From Lama guanicoe (lineage: Eukaryota): a stretch of 64,000 bases of DNA. Below, piece by piece: positions 1 through 12,945 of this stretch. Position numbers and translations under genes: made by a program. Each line of letters opens with the position of its first letter. Within the stretch, counting starts at the first letter, position 1. Under the pieces are notes generated by a model. The model made no database searches. It was given only the letters and a program-made list of their open reading frames with translations, and had not been told where the DNA came from. The stretch covers positions 6,556,626-6,620,625 of the forward strand of contig MU054220.1 of assembly GCA_013239625.1 (NCBI GenBank), written 5' to 3'.

Positions 1-119
1 CACAATTTTCAACATTATGTCTCTAAAATACGTTACATGTTTGTCAGCATTTCTATTTGTCATGAAAGTTGTGATTTGCCAAGAAAAACACATTCTAGGA
101 CAGAATGTCATCTATGGAC

Positions 120-230
120 TAAGTATTTATTGAGCTTTTACTCTACGTGGCAGGTGCTGTCCTATTTTTTGAGAAATACACAGATCTGTTCTCAGATAGC
201 TTACAATCTTGTATGAATAAAAATAAGTAG
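120..230 (-). mobile_element. L2 LINE 3' fragment
   Basis: aagtatttattgagc...gcttacaatct resembles the reverse-complemented L2 3' end; heavily diverged. Confidence 0.55.
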
Positions 231-714
231 CCAGTTCAATTCAAGTATTAAAACCTATAGATGGAGGTTTCATGCAGATTCATCATATTACCAACATAGA
301 TTATTTCATTTTGGCTGCTATGCAAGCTTAGGACTGCCAAATGGAAAGAGATCGGACGTATGACACACTTTAAAGTTTCTTCACTTCCAAGATGAAGTAA
401 TTATTCAATTCATCTATAATAATGACCTCTTATTCCAAGGGAATTCAAACTCAAGATCAACATCGTCTTGATTACAGTCTTTAACCTAATCATGATGATC
501 TCCCAAAATTTAGCAAAAGCAAATATAAGCCACTTTTAGCCACTATAATAAGCAGTGATGTAAATAATGCAATCGACCAATCAGAGGACCTAAGTAGAAC
601 ACATTTTTGATGGAAGAATTGGGGAGTAAGGGTCACAGATTTTGAGCAGTCCATTAGTTGAATCTTGGCTTTGCAAGCAACCATGTGTAGGGAGTCAGGA
701 TGTGTTAGGTAGTG

Positions 715-1025
715 TTATGGGGCTGCGTGATCTAAGATAGTCTCACTCATATAATTGGTACCTCACCTGTGATGCCTAGAATGGCTCTCTCACCACAGAT
801 TCTTTCATCTCAAGCTTCTTCATCTGGTAGTAGAAGCATTTCAAGATGGCAATGTCTGTATTCTGACACTTACCAAATCTCTGCTTGTTTCACGTTTGCT
901 GATGTCTCATGGGCAAGGTGTGTCTCACGCTCAAGGCAAGCGTCAGTGTGGGAAGTGGTGCACAGAGGCTTAGGTAGGAGAAAGTATGGTTCTTTTGGGA
1001 CCATTAATATCACAATCTTTTATAG
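715..1025 (-). mobile_element. ERVL-MaLR LTR (MLT1H-L type)
   Basis: ctctgcttgtttcacgtttgctgatgtctcatgggcaagg...gtcagtgtgggaag...gggaccattaatatcac match recalled MLT1 LTR motifs. Confidence 0.65.
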
Positions 1026-1215
1026 ACCACTTTTATCCACACTTTTTCTTTTTCCCATATGGGAAATATATTGAACATCATCCAAGACTCCCCAGATCCC
1101 TTCCTGTCATGTATCAAGATCATCTTCCACAGTCTTATCATTTTCTTCAGGTCCAGATGTGGATAATGCTTCTCTGGTGCAACCCCTTTGGATCTAGAAA
1201 CCTGTGAAAAAGGTT
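1026..1215 (-). mobile_element. MLT1 internal-region fragment abutting the LTR
   Basis: caggtccagatgtggataatgcttctctggtgc...ggatctagaaacctgtgaa resembles MLT1-int sequence next to the LTR. Confidence 0.5.
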
Positions 1216-1944
1216 TACTAGGCACTACCTTAAATCTTTCTTACGTCTTACAAGGAGTTTTATTACTTCATTCTTCACTTTATCTCTGTCCTGAATCCAT
1301 TTTATTAATCTGAGACTTCTAGGAGGTGGAGGAGGAGAGAATAAAAAATGAATCAATTTTTTTTTAAATTACCAACCAAGTTAGACTTGGTTGTTTTATA
1401 TTTTGTCTACATTCTGCTTTCAAATGAAAAAAAAATTCTCTTCAGTCCTTTTGTTTGTTTCTGTACCTTACCATACACAACTCACAAAAGGCAAATGGCA
1501 TTTTCAATATTCTGCTTTAAAATCTCCTTAACCATATATACAAATTAATTTGGCATATTTCCCATTACATAAGTTACTGCAAGTGGCAGGTTTATCAAGT
1601 GTTTTATAATCACCTTTTTTTCAATTTTCAATAATAGTTTACCTAGTTCACTTACTGCTTCAACTAAAGAGTCTCCTTGCTGCCTATAGCAGGTTGACTT
1701 GTGCCCTCACGCAGCATCTTGTCTGCCACATCCTAGGGTCCCAGCAACTCATGAGGCCATGACAGATTGAACGTTGTATAAACAGACTTCACCTTGATAA
1801 GAGAAGTTAAAGAATCACATGGCTGGATTTTTTAATCTACCACAATTTTATCATGTGATTGTTGAAATGATGAAATAAATATATTTGAAGAGCAGTTGTC
1901 CGACATTAAAAAGCACAACATTTTAGTTTCTTTGTTCATTCTAT

Positions 1945-1977
<33 letters not shown>
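1945..1977. repeat. (ATC)11 microsatellite
   Basis: Read directly from sequence. Confidence 0.97.
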
Positions 1978-1978
<1 letters not shown>

Positions 1979-3134
1979 CAACACTTTGTGTTTTAAACAA
2001 AAATAGTTATTGCCGAAAGTTAAAGTTCGAAAAATCTCACTAATGTGTTTACTGATTATCTCTTGGTTTTCATAAATGAATATCTTTGGGCAACATGGAT
2101 TTTTTTAAGATCTTCCTCATGTGATTGTATCTTAAATATTTTTATTCTGTGACTAAATATGAGCTTTTATCAAGTATATTTATAGAGGTTACCATCAGAA
2201 AAATTATCTGGTTTCTCTGGTTGTCACTTCAGATTCTAATGGCCAGAGTCTGGAGATAGATGGCTTCAGCTTCCCGCCAGGCATATCTCTGACCACTTTA
2301 GAGCTATTCTGGGCAATAGTCAGAACTGTATTATAGTAGTTTATTCTCCCTGTGTCCTTCAGACAGTGGTTTATTTTCCCTGTTTTCCTATATTGTGGGC
2401 AGTAACCCTGATGGTCTCAAGTTCTGGTTGAAAATATACATACAATAACCTCTTAGCCCTCAGACTAGTAACCAGCGTTCAAAAAACGGTTATCTTCTCA
2501 CATGCCTTACATGGCCAGGTACCCCACCTCTCACCAGCCCTAGGATTCCTATTCCCATGTCTCTGTAGTACTAATTAGCTTATTTTAAGGATATATCATA
2601 CACTTTTTCCTGTCTGCCCTTCAAAAGACTATAGGGAAATGGTCCACCCTGGTTCCTGACAAATGGACGTGATACAAATATGTAGATATTTTCCAGCTTT
2701 CATTCCCCAAATTCTTAAAAACTGTCAGGCTGAGTGAAAGGTGTAATGAATAGAGGAAGTGTTTTTCTTTTTTTTTCTTGGATTTTTAACACAGAAATGA
2801 CATTTTTATTCATAAATAATCACTGCTAAAATAGACTAACTAGCATTCATGCTAATGACTAAATGTGTATGTTTCTAGATAGGAAATTACATTTTTTGAA
2901 CATTTCAAAAGATGCCAAGTAGAATCTGAGAACAGAAGAGCATCCTGTTTAGCAGTTCCCACTTCTGGGCATGTGTGCCTAGCTTTGGTTGAGCTCCCGG
3001 TGAATTAGTAAATGCTGAAGAATTGAGAAAAGACAGTTCCCTGGCCCACTGGCACTGTTGAATGGAACACGTGTAACAATTGTTTGACTTATAGAACTTG
3101 GCTTGTATGTTCTATTGAAAAATATTTGGTATAG

Positions 3135-3265
3135 AAAAGAAGTTTGGATTAGCGGGCAGGAGATCGAGTTCCAGGCATGTTGTTCTACTTACTGGGCATC
3201 TGAGTGTCATAGGCCAGTATCTCTAATGCCTCAGTTGCTTCATCTCTAAATGATGTCTATCTAGA
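3135..3265 (+). mobile_element. MIR SINE fragment
   Basis: Core-like gcctcagttgcttcatctctaaatga preceded by a degraded tRNA-like head. Confidence 0.5.
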
Positions 3266-3539
3266 TTACAGTGATAAAGTGAAACCACATACATTGCAGC
3301 ACTCTTAACCTCTGTGAGGCCATGCAAATGCGACTTGCCAGTTTTGATAATTGTGTATGTCTCCCTTATTATTATCTTGAACTCCTTTGACGGGATATAA
3401 TTGCATTCATTCACCAAAGGAAGGCAGTAGGTTGTTTCTATACACAGCTGTGAATAACTGGAGTACAGACAGGCATTTAGATTTCAGACATGAATTGCCT
3501 AACTATAGGAGAGAGAAGACATACTGTGGCAATAATAGT

Positions 3540-3850
3540 TCACATAAAAATGTTATGGGGCATTGAGTTAATCTCAGGCTTAACAGGAATCCAAGTGTGA
3601 TGCGACTGCAAATTTTTGGCGTTAAGAAGAAAAGGGTTTGCGTGACATGGGAAGTTACAGACTCATCCTTCTCTGCCTTGAGCCAGCCACACCCAGAATA
3701 CTCAGTGCAGCCCTAAGCACAGCATTTCAAAGGATTAGAGGGAAACTAGAATGATTCTAGGTTGATAAGGCTTAGAAAACATAGCACACAGAAAAACTTT
3801 AAGGGAACTCAGGGAAGCTGAGAGAGAATAAGCACATTTGTTCTGTCTTC
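3540..3850 (+). mobile_element. L3/CR1 LINE fragment
   Basis: agtgtgatgcgactgc...ctctgccttgagccagccacacccagaatactcagtgcag...cagcatttcaaagga resembles the 3' part of CR1/L3 ORF2. Confidence 0.55.
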
Positions 3851-3854
3851 CTCT

Positions 3855-4211
3855 GAGAAAGACATAATATCATATCATATAATATCACTTATATGCGGAA
3901 TCTGAAATATGACACAAATGAACTTATTTACGAAACATAAAGACTCACAGACATAGAAAACAAACTTATAGTTACCAAAGAGGAAAGGGGGTGGGGGTGG
4001 TACAAATTAGGAGTTTAGGATTAGCAGACTACTATATTTAAAATAGGTAACCAACAAGGTCCTACTATATAGCGCAGGGAACTATATTCAATATCTTATA
4101 ATAAACTATTATGAAAAAGAATATATATATTCACACATAACAGAATCACTTTGCTGTACACCAGAAACTAACACAACATTGTAAGTCAACTATATACTTC
4201 AATTTAAAAAA
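3855..4211 (+). mobile_element. 5'-truncated L1 3' UTR, artiodactyl-type
   Basis: atcacttatatgcggaatct...aacaaggtcctactatatagcgcagggaactatattcaatatc...ctgtacaccagaaactaacacaacattgtaagtcaactatatacttcaatt, then an A tail. Confidence 0.9.
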
Positions 4212-5664
4212 GATACCTGTGAAATACGCTTAATACAATTTTACCTTAACTTACTTGTTCATACAATTTTATCTGTCTGTCTGTCTGTCTATCTATCTGC
4301 ATATAATCTTTTTTGCCAGCCGTGGAAATAATGATAGGCACAAGAAACCATATGGACATGTGAAAATTCTGGGTAATTTTCCATATAAATCATCCAAATC
4401 TCTTTTTATTTTAATTTATAAGATATAGCTTATAAGTTGGAATTTGGAGCCATTACTTATTTTCAAACTTAAGGCAGGTTGCAGAATTCAGCTCAATTAG
4501 TCTAGTTTCCTGGAGTGGAGGAGATAAGATAAAACTGGACACTGAGAGCATTGACACTTCCCAGCCTCATTCCTGCTGTGAGTAATGGCTTCTAAGAAAC
4601 TTGAAAGTAGATTTGATTCTGAACAGAATAGCCCCTGGCTGGGTGGCATATCAGTATTTTCCTCCTTACCGTGTATCATAAGGTTGAACTCTTATCTGTT
4701 CAAAAGCTGAAGTTCTGCATGTGTCTACAGAGTTTCCCAATATTTTCCTGATCACTCACCTTGCTGTTTCCCTTCAGCCCCCTTCCCTCAGGTACCAGAA
4801 TCCTTGTTTGTGTTTCTTCATGTCTCCAGTTTCCGAGTGTACTTGTTCCAAGGAATAAGGGGGTTCTTGCCACCCCCTTATTCAGACCCCCAGCCTGCCA
4901 CTGTTCTTCCTTTTCTTCTTCTTTGTGCCAGCTTTGGATCATGTTGTACCCCTACATTTTAGTGTGGATTTTTCTAGGTGAGACTGCTAGCTATTGATGT
5001 TGACACTATCTCTGCTGGTTAGTTCTCAGACAGACTGTGTATAGATTATGAGCTGCTTAGCGCCAGAAATCACTGACCTACTTGGGCTTGGTCTCTGCCT
5101 CTCTTACCTGAGTTGACAGTCTTTGCTCTATGACTGATAACATCTCCTTTCCTCAGTGTCTTCCCTTTTATTATCCCCTCAGCCTGCGACTGAACACACA
5201 GTGGCAGTGTGTGTTCTAACTCATCCTGTGATCTGATGCTGACGGGGTCAGATTAATGAAGATCCTCATTATAAGCACACATCATCCCTTTATCGTCTTG
5301 ATTTACATTTATCTCTCCATGTGATTAAATTCTAGGCTGAATCACCTAACAAGCATCTAATTTTGTAGTAAAGGCCAGTAGGTAGTGAGAGGGAGGAGAC
5401 ATAAAGAAGAATTTCAAATAAGTTTTTTTAGGGGAAATAGTATACACAGCTGTATGTGTGATGGGAATTTGTCAGAGCACCTGAGTACAGGAAAAGCCGT
5501 TTTCAGAATTCAGAATTGGGGCACTGGTGTAAAGGATGTACTGCTTCTCAAGCCTGCCCCTTTTCAGTGTTGGAGTTTCCCAGGACACAACAGAAGCCAT
5601 TAGCTTTGTGAACCTGTAAGTAGCATAAAATCAAGGTGTCACTTTCTTAGCAACCCAGGTGTCC

Positions 5665-5880
5665 TGTAAAGTCATGGTTCCTGCAACAAACAGATGGCGC
5701 TCTGGAAAAAAGAGCAACTGAGGAAAGTTTTTAAAAGGGCAGCATAATGAAGAGTTCTGGATTGAGGGAAACCAACAGGAGATGGTAAAGCATCTCTAAG
5801 GCCAGCAACAGTAGGTAGCCTCTACCATCCTCAGACCGGAAAGGGCAAAATGGTTACGAGCACCCAGTGAGAGCTGTAGC
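5665..5880 (-). mobile_element. ERVL LTR fragment (LTR33-like)
   Basis: aaacagatggcgc...gggaaaccaacagg...cagcaacagtaggtagcctctaccatcctcagaccggaaagggc match recalled LTR33 reverse strand. Confidence 0.5.
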
Positions 5881-6150
5881 TTCAGCAGCGGAAATTTCAG
5901 ATTGTTCCTAGCGCTGGTGGTAGCATCCGAGGTGGATGAAGAGCTACCATATCAGCAGCAGTTCCGGTGTCCAGAGGCAGCACCAGCTGAGCATTGTTTC
6001 AGATCCCAGTCTTCCCTTCATTTCTGCTAATTTTCAAGGCTTTCTTTCAGTCTTCTGTTGATTCTGCCTGTTCCTTCATATCCTCCCAATAAATTCCTTT
6101 CCTGCTTAAGTTAACCAGTATTTGTTTCCATTGACTGCATTAAAAAGACT
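5881..6150 (+). mobile_element. Ancient LTR 3' end (MaLR/ERVL-like)
   Basis: aataaattcctttcctgcttaagttaaccagtatttgtttccattgactgca is a typical poly(A)-signal/U5 end. Confidence 0.6.
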
Positions 6151-6849
6151 TTTATGTTTGTCCAAAGGACCCAAAGATACCAGGTCCAAATTTATCTTTC
6201 TCCTTTAAAACTCAGAGAAAAGGATGCTTCCACCACCTTTTTGAAGGTAAAATTTTCTATTTTTGAAATTTGTGTTTTTTTCTATTTTATTTTATTTTCT
6301 ATTTATTTTATTTATGGTCTTATTTTGGTCAGTTTTTCATAGCTAAAAGGGAAAATTCACCATTTTAAATGAAACTAGCATTCCCAAGCGCACTCCCACA
6401 AGAGTTCTTTATTTCAGTACTTGAGCTCTGTTAAGCATAGTTGAGTTAAATCTGAAGGAGGTGAGATTCAACATGGATTTTAAGGGTGATTCAACATGAA
6501 AGTCCTAACAGGAGACACAAGACTCACACTTCTGAAAGTCATGACGCCTGCCTGGTGGCACCTTACTCCTCTAATCTGCATATGCAAAGAGCCTACAATG
6601 ACTTGTAAATTCTAGGTATTAGCCCAGTCTCTTGAGATCTTAGAGAGGGCCATTAGTGGCATGAAATTTGGGGAATCCTCCAACAGGTCACCAAGCAGAA
6701 CAGCCAAAGTGTTTTATCCCCTAAGTGATTAAGACGAAGTTCTTACCTAGTAGGATTACCTTCATTTTACACAAACCCTCCCCATGTCTTACCTGAGTGC
6801 AGTGAACTCCTCTTTATGTCTTCCTCCAGAAATAATTTAACTGTGAGTA

Positions 6850-7035
6850 GCACCTCCACTCACAAGCTATGTGACCTTAGGGTAGTTACTCAGTCTCTTT
6901 GCATCTCTTTTTTCTGTCTGCAAAACTTGGATAATTATAGTAGCTATTTTATACATTAGAAAGGGGGATTAAAATGATTTAATTCATACATTGTACTTAT
7001 ACTGCTGGACCTAATGAATGCTCCATAAAGGTTAC
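6850..7035 (+). mobile_element. MIR SINE
   Basis: agctatgtgaccttagggtagttactcagtctct...ctgcaaaacttggataat core, plus 3' tail. Confidence 0.7.
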
Positions 7036-8872
7036 TGAAAAGATACATGAGTGTGACAAGCAAATAACAACCAGAAAATATAATAAAGCAATGCAGAAAA
7101 ACAAAAATGGAGGCAAAGAAGAGACACGGACAAAGATAACAACATTAACAAGCCAGATAACCGAATGATTTCCTTGAGTTAACCACCTATTGTATTGACT
7201 ACAAAATTCCCAGTGTCAATTATAAGTAAACAAACGAACAAAAAGAAGGAAGCACAGAACACATACGTAGAAGCAGCACAACTGTTTTTTTGTTTTTTTT
7301 TTTTTTGTATGAAGGTGAGACAGGGCTTTCTTTCGGAAGGCTTCATAAGTAGGATGCTGTATGATGCAATGAACGGTGTCCTTGGCAATACCCTTACAAT
7401 GAGTGATGAGTTCCACAGGGCTGTTTATTTTTTTAACAACCCTCAAACTAGGTCAGTGGCATCACCATGAAGTTTGCTTCACTAAAAAGACAGCATCCTG
7501 CTACATACGAAGTGGAGGAGGTTCTGGATATGGAAGAGAAGAAGAATTGAAAGTAGGGGACTGATTTGCCTTCTCAGAGGAGAGGGAAGCTACCTCAGTG
7601 GTCAGTGGCCATCAGACCGGAAAAGGTGAAACTGAGTTTATCAGTTGAAAGGTAAATAAACTGGTCATGATAACAGAACATGTAAAGATTATAGGACACA
7701 TTCAGTGTGACTGGTAGAGAAAGGAATGGACACTGGCCAAAATCTAAATAAAAAACATTCAATTCCCAGCTCTTGACTCCTGTAGGAAAGGAGCAAGGCA
7801 CAAATTCTGCACTGCTGTCTTGGACATTGGTTCCCACCTCCCTGCTTTCCACTTGAGACTACAGGGCTTTCGATTGCATGCTGGATGTCTGACAGCTTTT
7901 GGGGGCTGAGGAAGCCGTCAAAATAAATTGCCTTCATAATGCAAGAGGGAAGCCAAGCTCTGCATCCCTCTCGATAGAGCAAATGTGCACACTCAGCTAG
8001 AAAAACAGCACTGTGATTCAGCAGCCCGCTGGATTAAGGAGATATATTGGCCAAGGGTGAATTTCCAAGGACGTGCCTTCAGAATTTCATTGCAGTTCCT
8101 TGGGTTTTGCATATAAGTCAGTTTCATTTTCCCGGGGCAGTGCTTTTATGATGTGCACATCTGCATTTAGGAAAGGAATGAGCCATTCTGGTGGTAGTAA
8201 TTTTTAGAATTATTGCCGAAATTGTTTCTTCCTTATCTTGGGTCAATCACCTTTAACATTTAAATGCTGACCTTTTGCCTATTAGAGTTTAGCTGTTATC
8301 GATATCTCTCACTAGTAAAATGGGCTTTTGTGATCCATGGAGTATTTAAATCCCCGTTTTTATCTTAAATTCTAGCACTCTTAGAATGAAAGTAAAACAG
8401 CTAACGTGACTTTTACTTTAACTCCTAATTAATAAAGAGATTTCCTTCTCCTTTTGAAATATTTCTTTTGGGCCGTTTTGTTCATTTTTTTCAATAATAA
8501 TGATTACAGAAGGGAGGCAAAAGACTTGGTTTGTACTTTTCACTGATTTAATGTCACAGCAAGATAATGTCTCTGACTTTATGTCCTACTAAGTATTTTC
8601 ATTAGAAAATGCAATATCATTATGTTAAAGGAAACAAAAGTAATGACAACACAATGCTTACCCTACCAAACTTAGAAAGCAATGTCCTTTTCACAGGCTA
8701 CGTTTAGTTTGCATGCATAAATTTGCATAATTCCAATTATGGTATACAGACTAATATTTGCATTCTATTATTTTCACTCAATAGTATATCATAAAATATC
8801 TATGATTTTACTTAGATATCATCATTGCCATGTTAAAGCCTGCCTAGTATTTTGTTGTATGATGCCTAATAT

Positions 8873-9370
8873 TGTATTGTTCAACATTGTATCGGTAAAC
8901 TTTTCCAAAGCTAAGTGGCTTAAAATAAAACCATCTGTTTCGTTCTCAGAACTGTGGGTCAGCAATTTGAGTGGGGCTGAGCTGCATAGTTCTTTTGGTC
9001 TCAGCTGGGCTCTGTCTTGTGGCAGCTGCAGGTCCGCTAGATGCCTTTGCTTTGGGAACCTGGCTTGTTTGCAGCTAGAGCAGTGAGGATGCCTGGACCA
9101 CAAGTTTTTTCATTCTCCAGCACACTGACCATCAGCCTGCTCACATGGTGGCTGTCAGGGTCCCAAAAGGGAACACTAAGAGCTTAGGTTAGAACTGGAC
9201 AAACTCATTTTCATGGTTTTCCCTTGGCCAAAGCCAAGCCTGTGGCCAACCCAGATCCCAGTGGTGAGAAAGTAAGTACGACTCCACTTCTTGATGTCAG
9301 AGCCGCAATGTCACATTACAAAGGGCATGACTACAGAGAGGGATAGAAACTCGTAGGCATTTTGCAATAT
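8873..9370 (-). mobile_element. ERVL-MaLR solo LTR (MLT1G/H-like)
   Basis: agtggcttaaaataaaacc...ctgtgggtcagcaatttg...ttggccaaagc...ccagatcc...actccacttcttgatg...gtcacattacaaagggcatg. Confidence 0.75.
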
Positions 9371-9934
9371 TAAATGTTTTGATTATAATTAACATTTCAG
9401 TGACCTTCACTGTACTTATAGCTTTTGTTTGTTTCTACTGAATAATGTCAATAACATAAAAAAAAAAGGATAAATTCTTGGGACTGGAATAGTAAAGGAG
9501 AGGTAAGAATGTCATTATGATAGTATCAAGTTGATAGAGAGGTTTGAGTCATTTTTATCAGTTTCAGTAACTGTTAATGTTCTCACTTTCTGTAGTCTCC
9601 CCCTCCACCTCTATCCCATTCAGCCCTTTCTCCAAAATCAGTACACAGTAGTGCTATTGGAACTCGATAATATTAGCTATTATTATTATTACTGTTTTTA
9701 TTATGACAACTTATTATATTTTGCTTTTTATCACCAGCCTTGATGCAGCTGTGCCACCTTCAGTCGCTCTTTCTCTGCTTTAGGGTCGATTGATTATCAC
9801 AGTTTATTCATTAAGATATTATTGTTATATTAATGGATACAGATTTAGATATCAGCCATTTACTGTTTCATTTCTGTGTGACTGCCCTTTGTTATATTCT
9901 GTTTATACTAACTTAGTTCTGGAACTTGGCAAGC

Positions 9935-10075
9935 TAGGTGTTTTATAATCCCAGTTTTACAGCTGAAGAACCTGAAGTTTAGAAAGATTTAGTAGCTTGC
10001 TCAGAATCACACAGGGTTCTGGTAGAGCTGGGATTTGAGTCAGGTTTATTTGAATCCAAAGCCTATAGTCATAAA
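9935..10075 (-). mobile_element. MIR SINE
   Basis: cccagttttacagctgaagaacctgaag...cttgctcagaatcacacag...gagctgggatttga. Confidence 0.75.
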
Positions 10076-12945
10076 TATTCTGTGTTTATCTTTCTTCTTA
10101 ACGATATATATTTATACACATACCCATTTAAATCTAATACAGTGACCGGGCACATAGCAGGAGCTAAATAAATAGGGACGGGGTGATCCTAAAGGGAAAC
10201 AGATGAAACTTCAGGTTTAGAAGCAAAAATCTTGCCCAGGATACAGGCAAACAGCATCAGTAACATCTTCCAGAAAAAGGAGACAAGGATTCAATGAATA
10301 GATTGTGATTCAGGAACACAGCTCACATCACCGGAAAGGAGACTGACAAAGACAGGGGTTGGCCATGGGCTGGAAGACCTGGGTGACTAGGCAGAAAATT
10401 CAGATTAGAACTTAGAAATGGAAGCCAACGTAGATCTTGGCTATTGGGTCTTGAACACATACATTGTCTAAACCATAAAACAATGGTCAAAATCCAGCAT
10501 GAGATGGATGGTTAAAGGGAGACTGGTCTCAGTAAACCTTGCTGCTGCTTCCAATGGGCCGCAAACCTGGGGAGAGGCTCAGCTCAGCCTTCTTCGTAGA
10601 GAGGAAGATTACAGCTAAGGTATCCGAGCTAGTTACCTGGTATATAAGATGAGTTTTAATTTTTTCTTCCTCATTGTCTAGTGACTAATCATTTCACGTT
10701 GAAACCACCAGCAGATTTCTAAAGATGAGAAACATCTCCTTTTGGAATTGCTGAGTGGCTTCCAGAAATGGTCTCTGCCTGTGGTATAGTTTAGACAAAA
10801 CCATTATCCCTCCAGACCATGCAGTATTGACAGAACACATGCTGCTTAATGTAAACTCACCGCCCTGTGCTGGGCAGACATGATTAGGCTGTCATCTTCC
10901 CCAACGGCAGCAGCAGGAGAAAAATAAATAAGTAAAATCATCTTATTCATATTTATTAGGGGGCTTCGCAGTGAGCCTGATGCCCTGATGTAATTGACAT
11001 TTTTGCTTGTGTTCTTGACTCATGAGCTGAGGACCAGTTTAAATGAATCCATTCACAATCTACAAAAAAAAAAAAAAGTCTGACTTTTGTAAGGTAATAT
11101 CATGCCAATGTTCCTTTTTTCTTAGAGCTTCACCAAATGCACATATTTGTTAATTCTGAAATTGGTACATGATTAGGTGTTTGTAAAATTTAAAAATGTA
11201 ATAATATGACTCAACCTATAGGCAGATAAAGCCTTCAGAATATTTACCTTTTAGTTCTGGGTTTGTGTTGTATAGCTGAACATACACTAATTTATACTTG
11301 CAGTCATACACAGAAACGCATTGCAAAACATATGCATATGTGTCCATGCACACCTGTGTTTTTCTGACCACCTCAGTGGAAACCAGAGTGCAGAGAGAAC
11401 TCATCACAATCTTAAGTAAGCTGAATGTACTCTGGCTGCCTTTTAATTTGTGCTTTAGAAAAATCTGTGCCTATGCATTATTTCTTGGGTATGACCATTA
11501 CAAAAAAGACTTCCAAAAGATGCATGTGATAATGTGCAAGAGGCAGGAAGGAGAGAGAACGTAAGTGAAACTATAAAATTACATTCGGTTCCTCGTCATT
11601 CCGGAGAGAAATAGACATAACATTTGTTTAGAAGATTTTATAGGCAAGAAAAGAGCTTGCTCTATGTCCATCAACTTGATTCAAAACCATTACTCTAACT
11701 CCTCTGATTTAATTATAGAATACAGAATTATAGAATCTCAAGGAAAGAGATTAAAGTCTGTCAGCTTTCTGCAAACAAACCCAGACTTCCTTGCTCACCT
11801 GAGAGGTAGCTTGTAAGGCAAGGGAAGAACACATTCCCCTAGTTCATCCAGGTCTCAGCCTTCCTGTCTGGTGCGGGTCAGGAGGTGCAATTTCTGCCAA
11901 AGTGTCTGCTCTCCAGGAGATGCTGAGATTCTAAACCGGCTAGAAAGACTCAACTTGTTTCCGTCATTGAGCAATCAGTGTCAGGATGTGAAGAACTTAC
12001 GTCATCAGAGGCAGAGGTGACACACGACATCTTGATATCTCAGCTTGCCAAAGAGTCAGCGGGACCGTGACAGCTCCTGGCTTTTGGCATCCTGGGTTCT
12101 TCTACTTCCCAAATAGTCAATGCAGCAAATTAACCTTGCCCGATGAGCTTTTGCTTATATCTGTAAGGGTCGTTGGGCGTAAAAGAGGTAATAAGCAAAG
12201 TATGTCTAAGACTTTTATCATCATCTCTCAACTTGTTTGTTACCAAACCTCTCCTGCTAGAGAAACCTTGTACCATGAAATATCTTGTGTCTAATGCCTG
12301 ATGGGATAACCTTGAATTTGGGTAGATTTCTAGAGTCTGTGATGGATGGAGCATTTTTCTGTAACACTGATCATGACTCAGCCTCCAAAAGGGTACTGAT
12401 GAGCTTTGTGCTTGTACCGACATCAGATATGCAAAGTCCACACAAGGAAAGGCTGCTTTTACTGGTGCTTCTAAATTAAGGTTGTGTACATTCCACAGGT
12501 GCTCTGTAGCCACTGTAAGTCCTTCAGTTCCAAGCACAATGGAGCAACCTTTCTGAAATTTAATGTCTCAAACTTTTAAGAAGCTACGGAGACTCTGGAC
12601 TTTCATCCCTTCGTTCTCCACGATTTTAATGACTCAGACACCTGCTGTATTTTTATTGCCTTCTTTTTCCTTCTTCTTTGACAAATATGGAAAATCCCAA
12701 TTAGATCTGAATAGGATAAAGTAAAAGCTAGAGGAGATTTAACAATTGGTATTTTATCCAGAGGAAGTGGAAGTGCAGAGAGAGTGAGGGTTACGAATTT
12801 CGATGTGTTGACAGAAAGCAGCATTGATAACTTCCTCCCCAGGCTGGACACACTGCTGTGTGCATCTAAATTTCGTAATTCACTGGCCTCTCAAAACAAC
12901 ATTATGAACAGTTAATGATTAGCTTTATTACCTAGAGCTTCAAGG

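Noticed and set aside
2170..2720. Possible HAL1 or old L1 5' remnant
   Set aside because: Only a general compositional impression; no diagnostic motif I can cite
6465..6498. 11-bp direct repeat gattcaacatg as a CRISPR-like unit
   Set aside because: Only two copies in eukaryotic DNA; no repeat-spacer array or cas genes anywhere in the window
12130..12537. Longest ORF (135 aa)
   Set aside because: Non-ATG start, no recognisable domain, no supporting exon structure
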